In this document: positions 27,671 to 40,097 of the stretch, one piece after another
Numbering within the stretch: position 1 is the first letter of the stretch
How the letters are laid out: every line of letters starts with the position of its first letter
NCBI GenBank assembly: GCA_951406725.2
Contig: OX597832.1
Location: 67,828,001-67,892,000, forward strand
Length of the DNA stretch: 64,000 nt
Source of the DNA: Octopus vulgaris
Lineage: Eukaryota
Direction: 5' to 3'
Program-made: the position numbers and the translations under genes
Notes under the pieces: generated by a model
The model's input: only the letters and a program-made list of their open reading frames with translations
Told to the model about the DNA's origin: nothing
Databases searched by the model: none

Positions 27671-28481
27671 AAATATATGGTACGACGAAGTACCGATATT
27701 TACTGGAAAATAGCGAACGTAATAAATACGACGCTAATGTATAGCTTCACCGCGTATGTACTAGCAAAAATGCGTGTGTGCAACAAAATTGAAACAAATT
27801 GTCTTACCTCCAGGGTGAACATCTGAAAGATGAAATACCTAGAAAGGGATAATGTGGTACCGGTTTCAGATTTTTCAAGATATGTCTGCACACATATACT
27901 TGATTTATCTTCATCAGCCAACATATACCTCGACAACATTTCAAATGCTGCCGCATCAATGCCAATGCACTCGACTGAAACGCCAAAACGCTGACAGAAC
28001 GAGAACAGTGAAGAAGTTTTAAAAAAATAGTAATGCAATACGAGAGTATTGCTTTCCAGTAAAGAATAGCCCGTGAGGGAAAATTATACATTTTGGCGTT
28101 TCAGTCGAGTGTATTGGCATAGATGCGGCAACATTTGACATGTTGTCGAGGTATATGTTGGCTGATGAAGATAAATCAAGTATATGTGTGCAGACATATA
28201 TTGAAAAATCTGAAACCGGTACCACCATTATCCCTTTCTAGGTATTTCATCTTTTAGATGTTCTCCCTGGAGGTAAGACAATTTTTTTCAATTTTGTTGC
28301 ACACACGCATTTTTGGTAGTACATACGCGGTGAAGCTATACATTAGCGTCGTATTTATTACGTTCGGTATTTTCCAGTAAATATCGGTACTTCGTTGTAC
28401 CATATATTTACTTCTATGTATAATTTTCCCTCACGGGCTATTCTTTACTGGAAAGCAATACTCTCGTATTGCATTACTATT
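27666..28481. mobile_element. Tails-out inverted pair of an approximately 425-nt HHR element, circularly permuted
   Basis: 27666-27988 is the reverse complement of 28091-28414, and 28026-28090 is the reverse complement of 28417-28481. Confidence 0.9.
28159..28224 (+). ncRNA. Type I hammerhead ribozyme (mirror copy 27855-27920 on minus)
   Basis: tgg CTGATGA agat..(hairpin)..atct GAAA ccgg TA cca. Confidence 0.8.
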
Positions 28482-28510
28482 TATATATATATATATTTAT
28501 ATATATATAT

Positions 28511-28682
28511 AGGCCCAGGAGTAGCTGTGTTGCAAGTAGCTTGTCTACCAACCACATGGATCCGGGTTCAGTCCCACTGCTTGGCACCCTGGGCAAGTGT
28601 GTTCTACTATAGCCTCGGGCCGACCAAAGCCTTATGAGTGGATTTGGTAGACGGAAACTGAAAGAAGCCCGTCGTATATATG

Positions 28683-28746
<64 letters not shown>

Positions 28747-28925
28747 TGTGTGTGTTTGTGTGTCTGTGTTTGTCCCCTAGCATTGTTTGACAACCGATGC
28801 TGGTGTGTTTATGTCCCCGTTACTTAGCAGTTCGGCAAAAGAGACCGGGGTCGAGTTGCTTGATTAAAGGCGGTGCTCCAGCATACCCGCAGTCAAATGA
28901 CTGAAACAAGTAAAAGAGTAAAAGA
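28511..28925 (+). mobile_element. tRNA-derived SINE (Octopus OR-like) with internal (TA)/(TG) tract
   Basis: tRNA-like head with ggttcagtcccactgc, then ggcaccctgggcaagtg and gtggatttggtagacggaaactgaaagaagccc; tail gactgaaacaagtaaaagag. Confidence 0.85.
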
Positions 28926-29671
28926 GTATATATATATATATCTGACTATATTCGTGCACAGATATCTCTATCTGAATTCAGATCTGCTTTTCATCCAGCC
29001 TTGTTTGATTAAAATATCGTACCACTCAATTACTGAAGTCGATATAATCGAAGATGACTTTGTGATCTTGTACTTACGCACACACACACACATACACACA
29101 CACACACACAGAGGCAGACAGACACACACAAAAAAAACTGATATTCAGTCGTTCAGGACGCGAGTGATCCGATCAAACGAACACGTGCTCATGAATTTAA
29201 TTGGTTGAGCATGTCCCAAAAACGCGTATCCTCAATGTTGTTCTGAAAAAAGATCCGGTGTGACTCTTTGAAATACTCATGCAACTCATGTTTTTCAACT
29301 GAATGAAATAGTGCTACGTGATATAAAGTATATTCTTGAATATATACACATATATACACATATAGGCATATATATATAGATATACATATATATATATATA
29401 TATACATATATACACATATATACACATATTTATATATACACAAATATATATACATGTACACATACATTTATATTATATATACATATACACATACATATTC
29501 ATTATATATACATATATACATGCATATATACATTATGTATACATATACGCCTAAATATGTATTACGTATACATATACACAAATACATATGTATTCATATA
29601 TACAAATATATATGTATACATACATACCAATATATGTGTATACATATATATATATATATATATATTATGTA

Positions 29672-29729
<58 letters not shown>

Positions 29730-29994
29730 TATTCTTGAAGGAAACAACTCACATCAGGAATCGAACACAGGACCTTACGGTTGTAAGCAATATACGCTAA
29801 GCACTAAGGCACGCACCTTCACTATATATTTCTGTGTGTGTATCTGTGTATGTATGTATGTATGCATGCATGTATGTATTTATGTATGTATGTATGTATG
29901 TATGTATGTATGTATGTATGTATGTATGTATGTATGTATGTATGTATGTATGTGTGCGTGTTTGTATGTAAGAAGGTTGTATTAACAAAACAAA

Positions 29995-30545
29995 TATTCT
30001 TTTCTACTCTAGGCAGAAGGCCCGAAATTTTGATTCATCAACCACAAAAGGATAAAAGGCAAATCCGACCTCAGCGGAATTTGAACTCACAACGTAAAGA
30101 CATTCGAAATACCGCTTAGCATTTTACCCGGCATGCTAACGTTTTTTTATTTCTTACTCCCCAGAAGGGGCTACACTCAGAGGGGTCAAACAAGGACAGA
30201 CAAAGGGATTAAATCGACTATATCGACGCCAGTGCTGAATTTAATCTTTCCTGAAAGTATGAAACGCAAGATCGACCTAGACGGAATTTGAACTCAGAAC
30301 GTAGCAGTAGACAAAATACCTATTTCTTTACTACCCAAAAGGGGCTAAACACAGAGGAGACAAACAAGGACAGACAGATGGATTAAGTCGATTATATCGA
30401 CGCCAGTGCGTAACTGGTATTTAATTCATCGACTCCGAAAGGATAAAAGGCAAAGTCGACCTCGGCGGAATTTGAACCTAGAACCTAACGGCCGCTAAGC
30501 ATTTCGCCGCCGGGCGTGCTAATATTTCTGCCAGCTCGCCGCCTA
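29995..30545 (-). mobile_element. Nested/tandem copies of the 10666-family SINE
   Basis: cggaatttgaac occurs three times and aaacaaggacaga twice. Confidence 0.8.
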
Positions 30546-31040
30546 AGCAAAGCAAATATTTAGTTAAAAGAAGTTTCCTTAGTTCTAGATTTCTTATAAC
30601 TATTGACCTCATTCCTGAACTGCTGAGCAGCAACGATGCCCACACGAAACTCCTTCTCCCCACCTCTCTGTCTTTCACACACACACACACACACGCACAC
30701 ACACAGACAGACAAACTTTATCAGCTATATTTATACGTGAATGTGTGTGCGCATGTGAGTTTAAGTGTTAAGTCGTATTTGAAAAAAATAACTATGCACG
30801 CAACTGCATACGTACAAACGAGTTTATATATGTGTGTGTATGTACTATGTAATACTATTGTATACATGTACAAAGCTGTATGCATATAGGCGTTCATGTA
30901 TTTATATATGTATTATGTATGTGTGTGAATGAAATGTGAGGAGACAGAAAAAAGGATACACATAAAAAACATGAATATACACACACACACACGTATATAT
31001 AAGCACAGAAACTCATACACGTACAAAGTCATATATCTTA

Positions 31041-31112
<72 letters not shown>

Positions 31113-31827
31113 TTATATATATATATAATCATTGATTATTGCCATGCACAAGGAAGGAAATAAATGAAATAGATTAAACATGCTTGATTCGCCATTGAAA
31201 GGAAGTCCCTCTATTGCAGCGCACATGTTACTTTAAGGAATGAGTTAACTTCAGCTACCTGAACAAGATTGCTTGGTGAATAATGAAGGAAATTCGAAAA
31301 TGAAATATGAAAATTTGAATTGAATTATTCACTCTGTAACTATGGTTAACAAAGTTTCATGTAAAAATAAGGTACAAAAATAAATCACATAATATCTTAC
31401 CTATTTCAAACATGAAACTTTAAGATCAAAGTGAGAAAATTGGTAAATAAAAGTTTGATCAGAAATTCTTTGATTTATTCAAAATATTGCATTCACTTCA
31501 CAGAAACAATTTTCACAAAGTAAGCCTGTCTATAAATATAGGTGTGTATGTTTGTGCGTATGTACATGCGTAGTTATGTGTTCATGTATGTATTTTTGTA
31601 CGTCTATAAGGAGGTACGCGTGTGTGTATTTATGTATGCGTTATTTATTTATGGACTTAGGTGGATATACATAGATATGTTTCTGTATAGATATGTGTAA
31701 CTGTGCGTATCGTCTCAAGGTTGAAAATATATATATACATGTGTATATACATATATAGACACACACACACATGTGTATGTATGAAGTATCATATGAATAT
31801 ATACAAACATATGAATATGTGTGTGTG

Positions 31828-31873
<46 letters not shown>

Positions 31874-31974
31874 CACACATATATATGCATATACAGGTAG
31901 ATAACATATATAGATATACATACACAAGCGCGAAGACATAAACATATATGTATGAGTGTGTACATATATATATG

Positions 31975-32045
<71 letters not shown>

Positions 32046-32410
32046 GCACACATAAATGTACGTATATATGTACATATATGCATATATATATATGTATACT
32101 CATACACGCGCGCATTGAAAGCCTACTTGTATTTTGAACCTCTCATATAAACTGAATATAAAATTCTGCCATTATACATTGTGCTCAGATGTATACTTAC
32201 TGTAATAGCATTCCTCACAATATATTACTCCAAACTATAAACTCATACATGAATATATTTATTTACACATGTGCTGTTACATAGATTCCTAATACATACG
32301 TACGTACATACAAATTGTTGTGTACAGTTCTCCAATCACTCATGTATAGGAGCATTTATACATATATGTGAGTGTTTGCTTGTGTGTTAAAGTGTGTATG
32401 TATACTTACC

Positions 32411-32464
<54 letters not shown>

Positions 32465-32747
32465 CACACACATTTTGCGGCGTTAATATTATTATTGTTT
32501 TTTCATTTCCATCGTTATTATTTCGTTATTTTGTTACTGTAGAATATATTGCCTAGCAATTAGTTAAATTTCATTTTGCAACAGAGAAGTTTTATGATTC
32601 TTTGTGTAAAATTATAATGTTTATAGATTTTATTCCCTTTACCTTCATTTAACTTTTACATTTAAATCGAAATTTTGTCTTTATTTGCTTACATAAAGAA
32701 TTGCAGTATATACATGTATCTAAGTATGAGCCTATGCATGTGTAAAA

Positions 32748-32812
<65 letters not shown>

Positions 32813-33608
32813 GTGTCTGTATCTAACTATATCTATGTATATACACAGACATATATATATATAGATATATATATACATATATATATATAATATATTCGTG
32901 TTCATATGTGAATATACTTTTATATAAATTATATAAATATGTGTGTGTGTACGCGAGCACAGTTACATGAATATTATATATCATGTATAGATTTGTATGC
33001 ATGCATGTATAGATAAGCATATCTATGCATACAATGTCTATGCATATTATTATACATATATACGCAATGTATATATTTATGTGTGTGTGCAATATATGTG
33101 TGTGTCTGTGTGTCTGTCTGTATGAATATATTTTCTAAACAGCAAATATGCAATAATAAGTAAGGAAGCGAGGTATGGCACCGGTTTTAATAACTGCACA
33201 CACTGCCACACTGCAGTGAAATAAATGAACACGTTATTTCATACTTGTTGCTTGGTTTTTCAAACACAATGCATCGCTCTTTGATTTACACCTTTGTTTA
33301 TGTGCGCATTTTTACATAATATATTAAAAATGTATATGTATACATGTATAAGTATAAGTTCATGTGTGAGTGCATGTGTGTATCTTTGTGTTTGTGCTTA
33401 GATGTAGGTGCGTTTCGTATTATATACATCTCTGATTCTATATATAAATCTACATGTTTATATATATATATGTATATGCATGTATATATGAATATATAAT
33501 ATGAATATATATATATATGTTTTCTATATATATATATATATATACACATATATGTATATATACGTATAAGTATGTATATATGAGTATATAGTATGAATAT
33601 ATATGTTA

Positions 33609-33644
<36 letters not shown>

Positions 33645-33767
33645 CATACATATATACATATATTCATAGGTATATATATATATATATATATGTATATGAG
33701 TATATAATATGAATATATATATGCATATATATATGGGTATATGTATATATGTATACATACACAAGTG

Positions 33768-33800
<33 letters not shown>

Positions 33801-33820
33801 ACACACACACGTATATATAC

Positions 33821-33899
<79 letters not shown>

Positions 33900-35653
33900 T
33901 GTGTGTGTGTGTGTGTTTATTACGCATGCATGAATTTTTATCTGAAAATAATATATTCATATGTAGATGTATGTGAAACGCATAAACATTCACAAACCTT
34001 TGCGTGTATATATCTGTGTGTGTCTGTGTGTTCAGGAATGCCTATATGTACATGTTTATGCATACATATTTGCGTGCATGTGTACATATACACAGAGACA
34101 CACGCATATATTTTCCTAAATAATTTATATTAACCTTTGTGTTTATATTATAGGTTAAATATAATTATAAATTTCAAATAACTGTAATGAAAATAAATTT
34201 ATATTTCCAATGCTTACAAAACTATTTGTTGTGCTATCTGAATACCAATAAGCAGAAATTTAAATAATTTCATTAATATTCCATGAAGTTTTCATTGCAA
34301 TAATATTCGCATCTAATAACATTGTTTTGGTTATTTCTTTCTCTTTGAGACATTCTACTGCTCCATATATGAACTCTCTAAACACGTTAATATGTTTAGA
34401 GAATTTTGAAAATTTTAAACATTTTTTGTATAAATAATTTTATTCAGTTGAAGTATTACATGCTTTTTTAAAAATGTTTCACATATTACACAATTTTGAA
34501 AAATATATTTTAAAAAAATATTATTTAAAACATGCCATTCACATCCCAATCGTATTAAGTAAATTATCATTTTTATTTTCTCCCTGTAATCTGTGAATTT
34601 GTTGAATTAGAAATTTTTATTTAACCAAGGGCAAAGTTTCAAGTATAGTAGGTCGATCTCTATTTGATGATATTGAAGCATTGAAATATTTCATGATCGA
34701 TACATCGGTGAAAACCCATATTTATTTAATGAATGGCTCCCATCGTCCATATTATTTCATAGTGTATATTATTAGACTATTTTTCCTTCTTTTTTTGCTC
34801 CACCCATTTTACTTGATATACGTGTGTAAGTGTGTACGTGCATGTGTGTGAGTACAACAGTTTTCGATAACCGCAGCTCAGCAATTAGCATAGTCACATA
34901 TCGACTAAGTATTCAAGTAAATCTATAAAAACCTTGCAAGATTTGCCACTCGTGTGTTAGTTAGAAATAGCGACATAAACTTTATTGGTAAAATCTCCAA
35001 GAATGCGACTGTACTAGGCCTTTCAGTGTAACAAACTAATATATGTGCATGTACGTGTCTACTTATTTCTATGTGTGTGTGTGTACTTCGCGCATTCTTT
35101 TACTGCTGTTGATGTACCGGGAAAAGTGTGGGTCTTCTAATGGATTGTTTCATAATTTGGTGATCGTTCAGCAAAGGAATATGTGGGTGATCCCTTCACC
35201 GACGCCAAAATGCAGTTCAACTCCCTATAAACCAGAAATATCAAGTTAGCTTAGTAGTGGATATCTTCGTTTGCATATTTCAAATATACCCCAAGAAGGT
35301 CACTGGTGGATTTTATCGGCAAAATTGGTGGCAACAGAAAGAGTACAGTGAAATAGCCGTGGAGAGTAGCTTATTCCATGTTTGTGGCAGCCCCCTTCAT
35401 GGTAAAAATAATACGAGGTGAATAAAACAGTTGTTTGAGTACCTGACTGGTTTTCATGGCTCTGCATTCATGATTATCCATCAAATGCGCAGTGCAGGAT
35501 AAACCGAACAGAACCCATTCTGTTAATTTCGGAACCAAGTACAAAGTGAGGAAACAACGAATGTACGCACAAATATCCTTGCTATACTAATGAGACAAAA
35601 AGGGGCTGAGAGTTAGCTGTTTGACATTTTCTTCAACGCTGTACACGGCTTTT

Positions 35654-35704
<51 letters not shown>

Positions 35705-35770
35705 TGTGTGTGTACATGTGTATGTAGTATGTAAGTATATATATTTATGTATATATTAATATATATAATG

Positions 35771-35828
<58 letters not shown>

Positions 35829-36631
35829 AACATACGTATATATACATAGAGGCGTATATATATATTCTGTTACGTAAGTACAGTAATAATGGCTTCATAC
35901 AATATTCGCAATTATTCAACCGCAGTTTCAATAATTCTGATTGACACACGTATGGTTTATCCGAGAATGCGCGCTCGTACGCATACACACGTACAGAATA
36001 ACGAATGCGTTTTCCCTTCTTTACAGCACTATATGAACTCCATTAAAACAACTCCAATAGAATATATAAAATCATTTACCCATCAACAACTCAACCAATA
36101 GGTATCTCCTCTTTAAATATATACAGGAAGTCACAGAGAAGTAACGACCATTACTGTAGCGACTTCAGCAATACGTATTTCTTTGGTAAAAAGCAATGAA
36201 TTTATTTAGCCAAAAAGATAAATAGTAATAAATAAATAAATGTAACCAATCATAAACGCGGATTGATGTATCGTTTTCAGCAGAAATTAGTGGGCATAAT
36301 TATATTGGTAAACGAATTTTCAACATAAAACCAACTTAAATACATCAGGTTTCAATTTACAAAAGTACATTTTATCACCTTAACTGACTTTTATCAATGA
36401 TTCCCGTAAATTATATAACATCAAAAACAAAATCTCTTTAGTTCAGTCTTAACTTCCGTCTAGACGTATATCTGAAAAATTCTTTAATTGGGAGAACTCT
36501 GTTTTTTTTTCTATCTCTCTCTTCCTGGTTTTACTTGGCTAAATAGCAACAACATAAATAATGATAAAATAGAAACATAAATGGAGAATGTTTTAATTCA
36601 TTTACTTATTTTTGTATCATTATTACCATCA

Positions 36632-36735
<104 letters not shown>

Positions 36736-37026
36736 ATTATTATTATTATTATTATCAAGATTTTATTTTCATTTCGGAAAATGCATTAAAGACGAACTTT
36801 CGTGTTTCTTTGAAAGCTGCAAGAAACTTTGTTCTATGTAAAAAAAAATAAAATGTGCCGTTGGCGAGTTTGGTGATGATGATCTTGATGATCAGATGAT
36901 GACGATGCTAAAGTTGAGGCAGTGGTGGTGAATGTTGTGGTAGAAGGAAGAGATGAATGTTTTATGATACTTTGACAATTTTCTTAAGTTTTGTTTGAAT
37001 GTGTACATCATATACATACATGTATG

Positions 37027-37092
<66 letters not shown>

Positions 37093-37118
37093 CGTGCTTG
37101 TACATACTATTTATGCAT

Positions 37119-37470
37119 AGGCGAATGTGTGGCTGTGTGGTCGAACGTTTGCAACCCAGTTCCATGTCACGTTGGGCAGTCGTCTTCTATACACTTGCGT
37201 TGAGCAAAGCCTTGTGTGTGCATTTGGTAGACAGAAATGGAAAGAATCCCGTAGTGTCTGCGCGTGCGCAATTGTGTGTTCATGACCGTGTCTATTTCTG
37301 TTAGGGTCTGTCTTCCACCACAGCTTGACAACCGATGTTGACGTGTTTATATCCAGGCAACCTAGTGGTTCGGCAAAAGATAACGATGGAATAAATACCA
37401 GTACTGCAGCTCATTTATTAAACGAGAAATTCTTCAACACTTTGCCCTTGCATCACTGCGGTCTCATTAG
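37119..37470 (+). mobile_element. Degenerate SINE (28511 family)
   Basis: gtggctgtgtgg, aaagccttgtgtgtgcatttggtagacagaaa, cttgacaaccgatg. Confidence 0.75.
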
Positions 37471-37625
37471 TCATTGGAAGAAGTAAAATATAAAATGTAA
37501 AACGTGTGTGTGTGTGTTCGTATGTGTGTGTATGTGTGTATGTGCATGTATGTGTATATATACATATGTATATATATATATACATATGTATATATATATA
37601 TATATATATATAAATATATATATAT

Positions 37626-38438
37626 ATCGTGACGTATTTTTGCCATTTCAATATGGCTAACCCCTAAGGGTCGATGCTACTGTAGTTTTTAGCCCCAGGA
37701 GGACACACTCCTCCAGCTGGCCATAGACACACTATCTGTGTCCTGTCAGTATTTGCAAAGGGAAGTCATCCTTCCCGTCTTCAACTTATGATACACACGG
37801 ACTCGAGTTTCGAGGTATTGACCTCTCGTCAGCGTGTGACAATCATAGTTGTCGCCGAGAATTAGATTTCCTTCACGAATACTTTTACTTTTTCCAGCGT
37901 CCACTGTCGCTGATATTGAAAAAGTGAAATCAAACAATGATAAATATCAAAGTAAGTTATATACAGTAGCGGTAACACATCGTGACGTATTTTTGCCATT
38001 TCAATATGGCAAAAATACGTCACGATGTGTTACCGCTACTGTATATAACTCACTTTGATATTTATCATTGTTTGATTTCACTTTTTCAATATCAGCGACG
38101 GTGGACGCTGGAAAAAGTATAAGTATTTGTGAAGGAAATCTAATTCTCGGCGACAACTATGATTGTCACACGCTGACGAGAGGTCAATACCTCGAAACTC
38201 GAGTCCGTGTGTATCATAAGTTGAAGACGGGAAGGATGACTTCCACTTGCAAATACTGACAGGACACAGATAGTGTGTCTATGGCTAGCTGGAGGAGTGT
38301 GTCCTCCTGGGGCTAAAAACTACAGTAGCATCCACCCTTAGGGGAAATGCAAAAATAGCACATGTGTGAGAAAATGGCTATAAAAAATACGTCACGATGT
38401 GTTACCGCTACTGTATATAACTCACTTTGATATTTATC

Positions 38439-38441
<3 letters not shown>
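37626..38441. mobile_element. Fold-back palindrome of an approximately 353-nt HHR element, both halves terminally redundant, in (TA)n
   Basis: Arms 37661-37999 / 38006-38344 with a 6-nt loop. 37626-37657 repeats at 37979-38010, and 38011-38069 repeats at 38383-38441. Confidence 0.95.
38167..38211 (+). ncRNA. Canonical type I hammerhead ribozyme (mirror copy 37794-37838 on minus)
   Basis: cacacg CTGACGA gagg tcaata cctc GAAA ctcgag TC cgtgtg. All stems perfect; GUC site, cleavage predicted after 38205. Confidence 0.92.
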
Positions 38442-38483
<42 letters not shown>

Positions 38484-38489
<6 letters not shown>

Positions 38490-39082
38490 GAAATATTAAA
38501 ATTACTAAGTCTTTCTAAAAGAGAACACAGCAGCGTTCCTGGAAATTAATAGTTATCGCCATACTAATATGGCATTCTTATAAAAATAAGAATAAAGCTG
38601 TCCGTTTATTAGCTCCATGAGGCCATCACCTTAAGTTAGCTATTTGATACACAAACTGTATCCATATAACCTTCGAACAAGGGAGGTCAGTCGCTCCACA
38701 CTACTTGATCGACAGCTACAGACGCATTTCGGGGTATTGCCCCTTTTCAATGTAGCGTAGTCAGACCAGTAGGTGTCGCTTCCGACAATCCCAGTTCGAA
38801 GGTTTTATTTACCTAGTTTTAGTGGAATACATCCACTTGTTTTCAATAATAGAAATATTAAAATTACCAAGTCTCTCTAAAAGAGAACACGGCAGCGTTC
38901 CTGGAAATTAATAGTTATCGCCATACTAATATGGCATTCTTATAAAAATAAGAATAAAGCTGTCCGTTTATTAGCTCCATGAGGCCATCGCCTTAAGTTA
39001 GCTATTTGATACACAAACTGTATCCATATAACCTTCGAACAAGGGAGGTCAGTCGCTCCACACTACTTGATCGACAGCTACA
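38484..39082 (-). mobile_element. Partial tandem (about 1.65 units, 362-bp period) HHR element
   Basis: 38486-38720 repeats at 38848-39082 with few substitutions. The 3' end abuts (TA)n. Confidence 0.92.
38715..38756 (-). ncRNA. Type I hammerhead with U3:A8 core
   Basis: gctaca TTGAAAA gggg caata cccc GAAA tgcg TC tgtagc. Confidence 0.85.
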
Positions 39083-39800
39083 TATTTTGATGTGTGGTTG
39101 TAAGTTTCAAGCATCCGCTTGTAGGAAGTTAGTAAGCTTTGAGCAGTCCGTGGGAAGTCGTAAGAAACAATTTTCGGGAACAATAAGTTTATTGGCGTTT
39201 TCTCATATCGATGTTCGCTAAGCTGAAAACTTTTTCTGTCTTTCTTTATCATAGTTCACATTAGTTTTGCCAAGAATGCGAATAAATATGCAAATTGAGG
39301 GAATAGAGTAGGTAAGAACCAGGCTACATATTTCTTAGCTAGCTGACCCTCAGAAGTAATAACTGGAGAGGAAAAAGATATTGGTAGTTCCAGATACATT
39401 TAAAGTAATTGTTTCACATACATTTAAAGCCAGGTTAACCTCAGTGGATTCTAAGAAAGCAAATTACTCTAATTTTGTTTATAGTAGAAGCAAACTTATT
39501 TGGGTCAGAATGAATTCAGATCATTAACCGTTTATTCTCAATACAATATAAAGTAAATGGACAGATATAAAGAAATCGAAAACAGGGTATGTCATTGTCG
39601 TAAGGCAAAGAGATATACCCATAATAAAAGTGTAACTATAAAATATTAATTAGAATTCATTTACCAATCGGAAGGTATACATCTATACTTGTTTATTCTA
39701 AAGGATTCTAAACGTTTTCAATCATTCGATATGGTTTTTAATAGCATGCTCGTAAGTTATCAGCTTACCTTTAAAATAATTACTCCTTTGTGGTATGTAC

Positions 39801-39865
<65 letters not shown>

Positions 39866-39886
39866 TACACACACATACCGGCCTTC

Positions 39887-40070
39887 GCCATGATAGATCG
39901 CTCGCCACTACAAATTCTTTATTTTCTCTCCTTGTTTCTGTGTTGCTTTCTCTGAAAGAGTGTTGGCTCGAAACGTTAAAGAGTTTTCAATTCCCGAGCG
40001 TTATACTAATACATCTCATTGTTGTCTATACCACCTGTCTTCGTATTTTGTTTTTTTGTGAATTCTCCCT
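39887..40070 (+). mobile_element. Short repeat with hammerhead-shaped motif at 39946-39981 (family of 3180-3362)
   Basis: ctttc TCTGAAA gagt gttg gctc GAAA cg TT aaag; flanked by (TA)n. Confidence 0.6.
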
Positions 40071-40097
40071 CAACATATATATATATATATATATATA

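Noticed and set aside
29735-29825. tRNA-like sequence on the minus strand
   Set aside because: A/B boxes present but no full cloverleaf; a SINE head rather than a tRNA gene.
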